A DNA stretch of 64,000 nt from Fistulifera solaris (taxonomy: Eukaryota), in the NCBI GenBank assembly GCA_030295235.1, contig AP026130.1:806001-870000 (forward strand), in the 5' to 3' direction. Positions 47,501-57,201 of the stretch are shown piece after piece; within the stretch, counting starts at the first letter, position 1, and the number at the start of each line of letters is the position of its first letter. A program made the position numbers and the translations under genes. The notes beneath the pieces were generated by a model. The model saw only the letters and a list, made by a program, of their open reading frames with translations. It did no database searches and was not told the origin of the DNA.

Positions 47501-48133
47501 TGTGCTTTCACCGACCGAAGATGTATTGGAAATGGTGCTGGCATCGTCCGAGATGGACTGATAATTGGGGACCACGACAATGAGAAAGTTCGGTGGCGTT
47601 TCGTTGTTTTTAAATTCAGGGTTAGCTTGTAATTGACTGACAAAGATTTGAATCGAAGGTTTCACTTTGAGCCGATAATGCTCGAGACTGTGACATTCCG
47701 CCAGATATACATAAGTCATGGGATTCTGATGCCATTCCGATGCATCTTCCGCTCGATCGACCATGAGAATACCTCCATGACTCACGGTCGGCTGCAGCGA
47801 AAATTCGGGGATGGTAATGGACTCTCCGGTACGGATGTTCTTGTAGGGTATATCTTTCAGCGTGTTTTTATCATCGCGTAACAAGATCTTGGTGATCTTT
47901 TGATAAAGCTCTAAATGGCGCGATGCATCGGCGGCTCGGGGTGATTGAATTCTTCCCGAAGCAGCAGAAGTTGGATCGAGAAAATGAACAGATACTCTGG
48001 ATCGGGGTACATCATTGTCAGTGTCCGTTGATGATTCATTGTTGAGATAGGCAAAGCCGCGATTCAGATGTTCAAGAAATAAGTTGTCTTGATCAAAGTA
48101 AGTAGCCGACGCGGTAGGTGGATCTGCGGGCAT
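44522..48133 (-). CDS. TRAPP II subunit TRAPPC10/Trs130-like
   Basis: YFLVKESMAFSYEQCQLYADALVQYEEL motif; beta-rich C-terminal half; 1203 aa. Confidence 0.7.
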   Translation of the reverse strand: MPADPPTASATYFDQDNLFLEHLNRGFAYLNNESSTDTDNDVPRSRVSVHFLDPTSAASGRIQSPRAADASRHLELYQKITKILLRDDKNTLKDIPYKNIRTGESITIPEFSLQPTVSHGGILMVDRAEDASEWHQNPMTYVYLAECHSLEHYRLKVKPSIQIFVSQLQANPEFKNNETPPNFLIVVVPNYQSISDDASTISNTSSVGESTSSGAKSRVAAFASRVAAARHRISGTAGSAEELGGGGNNSSDDELDVIVATDSPIRQKTKLERDLLRKMHADFPSARVCALAALAREETPPLLEWESFLSALGATIVDNLHDKCRNYEEVLKKVSADHRQYFLVKESMAFSYEQCQLYADALVQYEELRAMLPDWDKQSAKRGLTTNYMSLPIALRGDPFAFRQHICAAASIAEVAYELEYYLLMRETTHLFAVKDANAVLQRCLGFARKMWQVQEGRAGNDTKQLIEVNKWGLEFGWVVKEATYSYTEKPNFEDKAFSATLCELMGFTRLRLLKMGKLMEIPVTPNLGGQDFPSDLKADAEWAPWSEPTNSSREDPEEASLRNNANVVADALSTKEGFEWMYMSLTKLLAANQEASGKKRLASCLRIEAIDIAIKQNRLRTAAQELFKVAQECEDWKSCYFFLLFRLCQLQRQFEPGTKYLETLVCCFGAPHAPPKARDVVFRDLLAVISGCDTTTTLSGAPLFQTIVSLDEFELSAANGTERKLFKRVYTIGDTVTVKIIVTSQLPEDVKVGSLSISLVPFRSYVAAMEDNIEVKETEVFSELQLSDVTVKPGRNEYQYKWVPNQSGQFILSAISMSWNNVKFVYSPKKRKQPTIRVDVIPCEHSQMLTVAPNYLIPGHTQNLLLKFSSGKDTIIQGKAQLVGSPGIFVGKQDDDTLLSALEIDLNSTSADSIVSIPIKVQCADNGGGGVLKVQTNTQFCRDQGEEFEAQLELSVPALGQTGFVIKDITVIPYRSDRLVLHAAFECHAPKSFLVREWKIELPAYLKLTADLNETLASTDVYCGETIMLNFECRVTGDVPNTVKATVVLVFDNEEGVAFEESHTLRQACPKMPLPLAEMPPVSVNLMPSVTQGIVGRPVQIKCIVDVAGLNGQDVRYKVASDASDWIISGRTEGLLPENAELELVGIPTRPGSLSSYVHLSLRRNGYELPISISQPGPFQASDPPRHSAAAYPFNGTSEVGI

Positions 48134-48629
48134 ATTGGTTAGTCAGTTCTTAGTAGTGAGACGAAAGACGATGAAAGAATAATCACATGTCTCCGTTTCA
48201 AGCGTCAAAGTGTCGGCGTATCATGGTCGCAATAGAAGTCGCCGACGAACGGTTGCAACTTTCGTGCGGTGACATGTCGCAGTGGGCTCTCAAGCTAGGT
48301 CTATGTAAACGGCCGCCACGATGACAAACAGAAAACACACAACGTAAAAGACGAGACGCGCAGAGCATAGAATGCATACCCAACTCACAATCCTTACTAT
48401 CTCGAGCATCAATACTTCCATTACAGGTTTTTAGGGGTTCCGTATAATCGGACCGCGACTGCAAAAAATATTCCGGCCCAGATTGATACGTAACCCTCGC
48501 TCGTTCTCCCAACCTGATAAGCTAAAAGAATTGTCTTCAACCCAAGTCAACTTCCTTCACCATGCAATACACGCCTCAATAATAATTCATTATGTCGAAA
48601 AGCATAGGATATCGTGACTAAGTTATGCA

Positions 48630-48894
48630 CTATAGACCCAAAGTGTTGTCCGTTTTCACCACGACTGCATTTCAGTCAAGAGTGATGAATCGTTTCCGAG
48701 CCAGACTGCTACCTAATCTTCGTTCGTTCTGCAAGCTTTGTAAAGCTAATTTTGTCTTCATGCCAAGACAAAGCATTCGCTAAGACCGTATCGATCCGTG
48801 ACGTCGAATGTGTTGGGGATCGCTGACTTCCGTATCTACTATATACCCAAAGTGTTGTCCGTTTCTCACCACGACTGCATTTCAGTCATGAATC
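48630..48894. repeat. ~210-bp hairpin repeat family, inverted relative to the 17961-18441 array
   Basis: tata(g/t)acccaaagtgttgtccgtt(t/tc)tcaccacgactgcatttcagtca occurs twice, about 210 bp apart. Confidence 0.9.
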
Positions 48895-49324
48895 AAGGCT
48901 ACGTATAATAACCTTCACTCGTTCTCCTTATTTGCAAACACATTATACATTTGTCTGTACCAGATATCACAAATAGACTTACTTCAACAACAAAAGCATA
49001 ACCCCTCTTGTGTCATGATGTCGAAAAAGGCTTGGGTTTGGGTTGTGAATTATTTTTGTAAAGCAGCAAATATCGCAGTGAGAGCCATGTACACTGACGT
49101 AGAAAGTGTTGTCATTATTTTTACGCGGCGCTGACAATAAAAGAAAAACAAACACGAACGCGGAAAACAGAAAGGTCGAAACATTCAATACAATGTAAAT
49201 AGCCTTCATTATAAAATAACCAGCAGTTGCCATTCTACAGGAGGAATAACATAAGAATCGAGGGCTATACGTCTCAGCTACAAATTTCAGTTCAATTGGA
49301 AAGCTTCCGCACCATCAGACGACC

Positions 49325-50113
49325 ATGGCGGCGGACCATTTAGATACACGCGAAAAATCCAAAGAGCTAGAAACACTCTATGCTACTGTCCTCGTGTTCG
49401 GTGCACTGACAGCATTGATTTTTACATTCTTCATACGACCCATGTTTCGTCATATTCCCGCCACTACTGCGTCGAACGCCGATACTACCAACACGACGAC
49501 GCCCCGCGCCCCAACCAACAACTCCTTCGGAACGATCGTGAGCCAGAAATTAATGGCTTGTCGACCCAGTCACGTCTCCTCCCAAGGTGATCCTTCTTCG
49601 TTACTGAATACCGAAAGCTGGATGATTTCGTGGCAACATTGTCGTGTCTCGCAAGTGACGTCCGACGAGGTAACGCGCAAGGAACGGGCCCGTCTCCTGT
49701 CACGGCTGTTACACGACCATCCGCCTCTCAAAGGGAGCACGGTGATTCTCGGGGTTCCTTCCAACGATATCGAATGCCTTTTATTGAAACGGGCGGTGTA
49801 TTTGTTGGCCACCTATTACAATTTAGTTCTCTTGGTTGCGACAGAACACGAGGATCGTACCACATTGCTGTTGCGACTGCGAGGAGAAAACATTGTGACG
49901 GCAGATGTTTTACCGGATCATCGTGTCGTACGGACAGGGAGTCCTTCAGGACGAGTGGCATTTTGTCGACAAGTCCAACGTGTGGATTGGGTCTCGGATT
50001 TTGAGAAAGAAGTACAAGATCAGTTAGTACGATTTGGTTATAGGGTTGTGTTGTACGGGACCGAACCAGCGGTGGAGGGCGTATCGAAGCTTGGACAAGT
50101 TCTGCGATCATAG
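49325..50113 (+). CDS. PEX22-like peroxisomal membrane protein (tentative)
   Basis: N-terminal TM; HRVVRTGSPSGRVAFCRQV...DW resembles the plant-type PEX22 C-terminal motif. Confidence 0.45.
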   Translation: MAADHLDTREKSKELETLYATVLVFGALTALIFTFFIRPMFRHIPATTASNADTTNTTTPRAPTNNSFGTIVSQKLMACRPSHVSSQGDPSSLLNTESWMISWQHCRVSQVTSDEVTRKERARLLSRLLHDHPPLKGSTVILGVPSNDIECLLLKRAVYLLATYYNLVLLVATEHEDRTTLLLRLRGENIVTADVLPDHRVVRTGSPSGRVAFCRQVQRVDWVSDFEKEVQDQLVRFGYRVVLYGTEPAVEGVSKLGQVLRS

Positions 50114-50354
50114 AGTAGCTGGAGATTGGGAATAAACTCGTTTTAATGCTAAGTTAACCATAAAATACCGTTACAGCAATCGCTCATGTGACTCGCAGGG
50201 TTACATCAATCTCAACTTTCACTATCGCTTCCAGCACGAAGAGAAGCGCAGCTTGCTGCCTAAAGCTATAAACTATTAAAGCTCATTAATCTCTCAAAGT
50301 ATGATTAAATGCCATGCCGTTCGTCAAAGATCAGAAAAGTGGTAGCTAATAGAG

Positions 50355-51155
50355 TTACTCCTCTTTCGGCTCCGTTTGTTCTTCCGAAGTGGAAAGTCCA
50401 GCTAATGCTGCAGCGGCTTCATCGGCAACACCTTCCGCATCCTCAGCGTCTTTTCCTCCCAACAATTTCTCCATTTCACTCTGGCACTCGAGAAATTTGT
50501 CGCGAAACTCATTGGCTATGTCCGAGTCGCCAAAACGAATCGCGAAAATGGTTTCCTTGAGTTCTCCTTCCGCAAAATCAAAGGCCGACCAAACCCAAGA
50601 TCGATCACTGCCCACATTGGGCTCCAATTTGATTTTGGGGTCTACTACATGGTTGGCAATCACCTTCATTGTCTTTTCTTGACGCATCAACAATCGGATT
50701 TTTTGATGCTCCCGATGTTTCAACAATCGCACTTCACCAATGCCTCGTTCGCGCCACGTCTTGTTGCCCGTACCTTGGTCAAGCAAAGTTTCGCCGTAAA
50801 TGAAGAGCTTGGAACGCTTCGTATAAAGTACTTCCTGCAATGTTTGTCAGAGCGAATGTGAAGGATGAGTCGAGCGACGCTTCGAAATTAACTCCATATC
50901 ACAACAAAAATAAGCTTACCTCCTCTTCTTCACCAGATTTGACTTCTACTTCCTCGAGCTTTACCTGAAATCAATCACAAAATATACGGAACAGTGTTTG
51001 AGAAAAGGAATTCATTATTGAATAGCATGGACGGGGAAACCACTCACCACCGGCTCGAACGTTGCGGTACTCTCTTCCTCCTTGGCGGGGACATCATCAC
51101 CTTCTTCCTCTTCTCCTTCCGCAGGAACTGTCTTTGGTTCGTCTTCTGCACTCAT
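50355..51155 (-). CDS. RANBP1: Ran-binding protein 1
   Basis: FEPVVKLEEVEVKSGEEEEEVL, WRERGIGEV, RLLMRQEKTMKVIANH, SDRSWVW; introns 50965-51047 and 50835-50919. Confidence 0.95.
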
Positions 51156-51407
51156 GATTGTTGTATTGGTTGTTGATATTGTCGTTGACAAAAAGGGTTA
51201 TATCCACAGCGATGATGGGCGGGCCGCCTTCCTTGTTTATGTGGCTCATCGTGATCGGCGCCGTCGATACCTATTATTAGCGCATTTTCGCTGGACGTGA
51301 AAAATCTACGAAAACGTTCGTACGGCGTATGCGTGTCAGGTCATGCCTGTAGGGAATCCGGAATTTTGAAGAATTGTTTTTCTATTTCAATAGAAAAACT
51401 CACGTCT

Positions 51408-51742
51408 CGGCACGTGCACAGAAAAAAGTGGGGGTGTGCTTTTTTGACGTGTCCAGAGAATGTGGGAATTGGGAATGTGCTTTTTTCACGTGTCCAGAGA
51501 ATGTGGGAATGTGCTTTTTCATGTGTCCAGAGAATGAGGGAATGTGCTTTTTTCACTTGTCCAGAGAATGTGGGAATGTGCTTTTTCATGTGTCCAGAAA
51601 ATGTGGGAGTGTGCTTTTTCACGTGTCCAGAAAATGTGGGGGTGTGGGTTTTCACGTGTCCAGAAAATGTGGGGATGTGTTTTTCACTTGTCCAGAAAAT
51701 GTGGGGATGTGCTTTTTCACGTGTCCAGAAAATGTGGGCGTG
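51408..51742. repeat. 33-bp tandem array C (ttttcacgtgtccagaaaatgtggg..tgtgc), about 9-10 copies
   Basis: ccaga cores at 51453, 51494, 51527, 51561, 51594, 51627, 51660, 51692, 51725. Confidence 0.95.
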
Positions 51743-51838
51743 TGCGGCTTCGTCCGCAGACTGTAATCTGTGATCTTTCAAAAAATCGAAGAGCTTATTA
51801 CTCGGAGCAGTACTATTATACTAACATACAATGGTACC

Positions 51839-53095
51839 ATGGCTGTGCGAGGCATTGCCAATCCTACAGGAACTTCTTGTCACGTCGGTAGCGCTCTCCT
51901 AATGCTCAAATATTGCCTGGAGCCACTCGCGTCCCAAATTGGGGCCGACGCCGCCGAAAATGCTGTGACGGATGACGTTGTTCACGTCGTGGGGCAGTTT
52001 ATTCGGCATCACGATACGAATGTGAAGCTGTTGTTCGATACGTTACGCAGCGGAATAGGTATTGAAGCGAAAGATCTGGGCGATGTCATTACGACTTTTA
52101 TGAAATTGATCAACTATTTTTGTCAGCTCACGAAGGAAGACGACGACGACGAACACCGCGACACAAAATCCACCCTATCATCGATATGGAATCAATGTTG
52201 CAACGCAGGAAAGGTCCATTCGGTACTGCTGGGAAACGTCAAAGGAGACGTCGGATGCTCTGGTGCATTACTTCGTAAGGAAACGAAACCTAGGTCTATG
52301 CCAGTTCCATTCCTAGTACATGTGTCAAGTCGGAAACAACTTTCACTCGTCGATGTGATCCGCGATACTCTTCAACCAAAAGTGGTCAAGGACTATGTTT
52401 GGGAAAATCAAAGCAATTCGTGTCTAGACGTACAGACATCGAGGACATTAGTTATCGACAATCTGCCTCCGGTGTGGCTTCTTCATCTCGATTGGTTTGC
52501 ATCATCACCCGACGGAGAACATGACTTTGGCACACTTTGCGTACCATCCAAATTCATGACACATGAAATACTCGACACCAATGATACCAGTAGTTACTAT
52601 GAACTCATTGGCGGAGTATTATTGTCTCAAGCCCATGATGAGGAAATTATTGACGAACGCGATCGGCGACACTATATTCCACTCATACGCAAAAACAACG
52701 TTTGGTATATGCTGGACGACGATGAAGAACCGCAAGAAGTGTCTGAAGAGCGCTGTCTCGAATTATTTGGCGGCGTCTCGCACGGTGAAGAATCGCTGTT
52801 TCGAGACAATGGCGAAACGGTCTCGGTCCGTGGATACTTGTTGGTGTTCCGTGACCCATCGCAATGTGAAAAACTGTGTTTCCTTCCCGACCAACTCCGA
52901 AATCCGTCCTGTATTGATTGGACCCTTCCGAATACATTAGTGGGACGTCGATTGCGCGTCGAATGGGCCAAAGGAAAACGTTATGAGGGAGTTGTCACCT
53001 CCTACAATGAGACGACGGGCAAACATCAGATTCGGTACGACGATGGCGACGTTAAAGAGTACGTCCTTCGGAAAAAGACAATCGAATGGCTTTAA
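51839..53095 (+). CDS. Divergent USP-type ubiquitin hydrolase with C-terminal Tudor-like domain
   Basis: Cys box GIANPTGTSCH; His box HYIPLIR...WYMLDD; LVGRRLRVEW...YEGVVTSY...HQIRYDDGD. Confidence 0.65.
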   Translation: MAVRGIANPTGTSCHVGSALLMLKYCLEPLASQIGADAAENAVTDDVVHVVGQFIRHHDTNVKLLFDTLRSGIGIEAKDLGDVITTFMKLINYFCQLTKEDDDDEHRDTKSTLSSIWNQCCNAGKVHSVLLGNVKGDVGCSGALLRKETKPRSMPVPFLVHVSSRKQLSLVDVIRDTLQPKVVKDYVWENQSNSCLDVQTSRTLVIDNLPPVWLLHLDWFASSPDGEHDFGTLCVPSKFMTHEILDTNDTSSYYELIGGVLLSQAHDEEIIDERDRRHYIPLIRKNNVWYMLDDDEEPQEVSEERCLELFGGVSHGEESLFRDNGETVSVRGYLLVFRDPSQCEKLCFLPDQLRNPSCIDWTLPNTLVGRRLRVEWAKGKRYEGVVTSYNETTGKHQIRYDDGDVKEYVLRKKTIEWL

Positions 53096-53132
53096 CAGCT
53101 TTGTGTTATATGAAATCAATTAATATCAGGGA

Positions 53133-53880
53133 TCATTCTTTCTGTGCAAGCTCGACAGGTAGTATTCCGGCACCCGTAATCTTCACGGCCGCGGATGGTC
53201 GTCCCGATGAACTTCCACAATCTTCAATTTTCTTGACGACATCCCATCCTTCTTGCAAGCTACCAAACACGACATGACGTCCATCTAAATGCGGAGTACG
53301 TGCCGTGGTGATGAAGAATTGTGTCGTGTTGGTGTTGCGACCCGCGTTGGCCATGGACAATACGCCCGGTCCTACGTGTTCCAGGATAAAGTTCTCGTCA
53401 TCGAACCTCATGCTGCTCGAAGTGGGCACAATTTGTCCACCTTGGATCATGAATCCCTTGTAATTGCGTATCAGATGTTACTCAAAATGCAAATAAGGAT
53501 GACATCCATACAATTAGTTTAAAACTTACCGGAATAATCCGATGAAATTGAGTTCCGGCATAACCTTGATGACAATATTTTTGAAAATTAGCCACTGTTT
53601 TGGGAACAAGATCACCATAGAGTCCGAGAACAATGCGTCCCGCCGGCTGGTTGTCAATCGATACATCGAAATACGCTTGCGACGTGACTTGTGCGAGTGG
53701 GGCCACCGGTCCCGCATTCGTTTCCTCATACCGCCACGATTTATCATTCAAATAATTCGCTACTACAGCAAATGTGGTGCCGACTGTCGCAAAGGTGGCG
53801 AACTTCCACAGCAACGAGCTTGTTTTCGGGTTGCTCGACGAAAACGATCGTGCGGTGGTCGCGCCGAAGGACGGGCTCAT
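53133..53880 (-). CDS. Cyclophilin-type peptidyl-prolyl isomerase with presequence and TM segment
   Basis: YFDVSI, VPKTVANF, FHRIIP|GFMIQGG, SMANAGRNTN, LDGRHVVFG; intron 53457-53529. Confidence 0.9.
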
Positions 53881-54032
53881 TCGTAAGTAAATTGCTCGTT
53901 GCGTCCTTATCATTTTACCGTCGAGTACCAGTACTTTGTCTTTACACAAGAAAGGCTATGGACTGTTTGATCTTGTTGACAATAATCACCGCGTGATACT
54001 ACGATGATCGAGGTCTCCGTAAAATTTTCTGG

Positions 54033-54299
54033 AATGAAATACAACTGGTCCAGAATTTCTGGACCACCCCAGAATTTCTGTATCAATGAAATGCAACTGG
54101 TCCAGAATTTCTGGACCACCCCAGAATTTCTGTATCAATGAAATGCAACTGGTCCAGAATTTCTGGACCACCCCAGAATTTCTGTATCAATGAAATACAA
54201 CTGGTCCAGAATTTCTGGACCAGCCCAAAATTTCTGTATCAATGAAATGCAACTAAAACACACCGTATTCAGATTTTCTGGAAATTACACAGAATTTCT
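54033..54299. repeat. 52-bp palindromic minisatellite array D (reverse orientation to A and B)
   Basis: cagaatttctggaccaccccagaatttctgtatcaatgaaatgcaactggtc at 54051, 54103, 54155, 54207. Confidence 0.95.
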
Positions 54300-54528
54300 T
54301 TATAGCCACATGGAGTGAACGGATTATGAGGAGTCTCGGAAGGATGAAAAGCTCATTACCTAAAGGCATTCTCCTCCACCGAAGTCAAAAATTGTTTTTT
54401 CTTTTCTTTTTTGCGCCAAACGAGAAAACATCGGATTGCCATCTTCTCTTCCAGGAATGAAACAGAGAAAACAAAAGACAGTGAAATAGTTGAGTCTCAA
54501 AAGAAGAAAGAAAGGAGTGAAACAGCCA

Positions 54529-57176
54529 TGCCGGGACATCATCACCGCGCGGGCGGTTTGCGTCAGAGCAACAAAAAGAACAAACGGACCAAAGCTTCCA
54601 AACGCAGCGTCGCTCGTGCGGCCGGAGGAAAAGTCATGGGCAGGACGAGTGCTTTGCATGGTATTGCGCAACAAAGCAAAGCCGATCGACGCAATCATCT
54701 GCAACAACGACGAGATGCCAAGCGCACCGAGCTTTTGCGCAAACGTCGGGGAGTCGATGGTCAACCGGCTCCTCCCCGGGTCGTCGGTATCATTGCCTTG
54801 GGAAAAGAACCATCGGTGATTGAGGAACGAGTCCGCGATGTGTTGATCAAAGATGCGGACAAAATTGTTCGACCGCATTATGCGGAACAAGCCACCGTGT
54901 CGTGTCGATATGAAGTGCACAAGAAGCAGGGAAATTTGACGGTTCTGACGTGTGGAACGGCGTTTGCACATTACGGCGAAGGTGATAACGCTGCGGTCTT
55001 AGCTGCTCTCGACTTGGCGCGAGTTTGTGATTTGATGGTTTTTGTCTTGGATGGGAATGCTACGAAGCTGGAGACTGACATTTCAGAGATTCATATTGGA
55101 AGTAGTCACATGGATACTTCTTCCCAAAAGGGATCGTCTGTTGCGGCAAACGAATGGGATCATTTGATTAGCGAACGTGGTGACCGTATTTTGACAGCAC
55201 TGAAAGCTCAGGGACTTCCATCGTTACTTACTCTGTTACTGAACACGGAGATTGCCTTGGACGATGCCATGACAATGCAAAGCACAAAAAGTCTACGTAG
55301 ACTCAAAGTCAAACGAAATCTTGAACTCAAAGATATGCCAGTCGCTTTGCAACGACCGAATTTGGAACCGGAAATGACAAAGTCATCGAGATTGACTTGG
55401 ATCAGAAGAGCAAGGACGAAATGATGGACGAAGATGTCGAGACGTTTTCTGTGACGGACAAAATAAAAACGCAGTCCATCGCTAACTTTGTTCGCGCGGT
55501 ATGTTCCATGTCCGCCTCACCGTCCAAGTGGGTCGAAGCATCTCCACGGCCCTATGTGCTCTCCGATTCTTACAAATACGACCATGCCACCAAGGAGCTC
55601 CACCTGACTGGATTCGTTCGTGGACCGATTCCATTGAATGTAAATGCCTTGTTCCACATTCCTGGAGTTGGAACACATCTGTGCAAAATTATAAAAGAAG
55701 ATGCGGCGCCGTTATCGCGGAGGAAAGAGACTAGTAAACCTACCATAGAGTCTGATCCAGATTTACAGGAAAGTCTTGATATGTTTGCTTCTCCCGACGC
55801 TTTGGAAGGTGAACAGAATCTTATTGGTTTCGATGAGGAGGAAGAAGATATGGAAAATGAGACTGATGGTGACCGATTTGCTCGACCTGCTGGTTGGTCG
55901 GATTACCAATCTGCTTGGTTAGACGCCGTGGACGAAGACGCTGCTAGTGAGCACGAAGATAATGGCGAGCTAGCGGACGAGTTAAATGCCAAGTTTAATG
56001 AATCATCGAAGCAAGCGGACATGGATTTAGAAGATTCAAATATTATTTCACCAGAAGAACGACACATGCTGCACGAACAGCGTAGAAAAGAAAACACGGA
56101 GCATCAGGAATTCCCGGATGAGGTTCAAGTTGACGAAAATGTGAACGCTCGAGACCGCTTTGCCAGATACCGATCCTTGAAAATTTTCCGCAAATCACCT
56201 TGGGATCCGAAGGAGAATCTTCCTGATGATTACGCTTCAATTTTTCACATATCAAATTTCAAAACAACGCAGCGCTCAGTCATGAACTACATGAAAGACG
56301 TTGCCAAGGAAGCCGATTTTACCGAATCGAAATTTTGGGGATCCTCTTTGAAAGATTCACAAATGACCGATGATGAAAGCGAAGACGATGATCTTCTGCA
56401 AGGCCATGTACCGAGCGGTTCTTACATTACTTTGACCATGGACAATGTCGAGCCAGACGCTTTTGAGAACGTTTCCTCGGGTTCGCTGCTAGTAGCAGTA
56501 GGTCTTTTGGAACACGAAAATAAGGTGTCAGTATTGCATATGGGACTAACGAAGAATGCCGAAGTTGAGGGCCCAGAAAATCTTCCAATAAAGAGCAAAG
56601 ATACGCTCATTATTCGTTGTGGTTGGAGGACCTGGAAAGCTCGGCCAATTTTCAGTCAGCACAACTTGAATTGTGACAAGCACAAGTTTGAGCGCTATGC
56701 TCCTCCGGCCGGAGCTTTCTTTGCCGCCAGTGTGTTCGGCCCTGTTACTTATTCACCTTGTCCTGTGCTAGTTTTTCGCGAAGACAACTTTGACGAGGTG
56801 TCTCCGGATGCTGCCAGACAACAACTCGTCGCCTCGGGAAGTGTGATCGGCGCCGATGCCGAGCGCATTGTTGTAAAACGAGTCATTCTGACCGGTTACC
56901 CCGTGAGAGTCCACAAGCGCTTCGCTACCGTCAAATACATGTTCTACAACCCAGAAGACGTGAAGTGGTTCAAACCGGCCTCGTTGTACACCAAACATGG
57001 TCTTCAGGGAAATATTTTAGAAAGCGTTGGTGACCACGGGACAATGAAATGTCTATTCAATGCACCTATTAAGCAGCACGACACCGTGTGCTTGCCTCTT
57101 TAAAAGAGTATTCCCTAAGTTTGCGGAGTGCGACGCTGCAAAGAGTCATGGAGCCCCTGTGCTAAAGATTTGGTAA
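54529..57176 (+). CDS. TSR1: Pre-rRNA processing protein TSR1
   Basis: HHRAGGLRQSNK, EFPDEV, ARDRFARYRSL, WDPKENLP, LLEHENKVSV, KRVILTGYP, ESVGDHGTMKCLF; frameshifts ~55330 and ~57102. Confidence 0.92.
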
Positions 57177-57201
57177 GCTATGGTCAAATATAAGCATTAA
57201 C

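Noticed and set aside
54313..54327. 15-bp match (gagtgaacggattat) to the reverse strand of the RPS13 intron
   Set aside because: A few matches of this length are expected by chance in a two-strand 64-kb self-comparison; no extension
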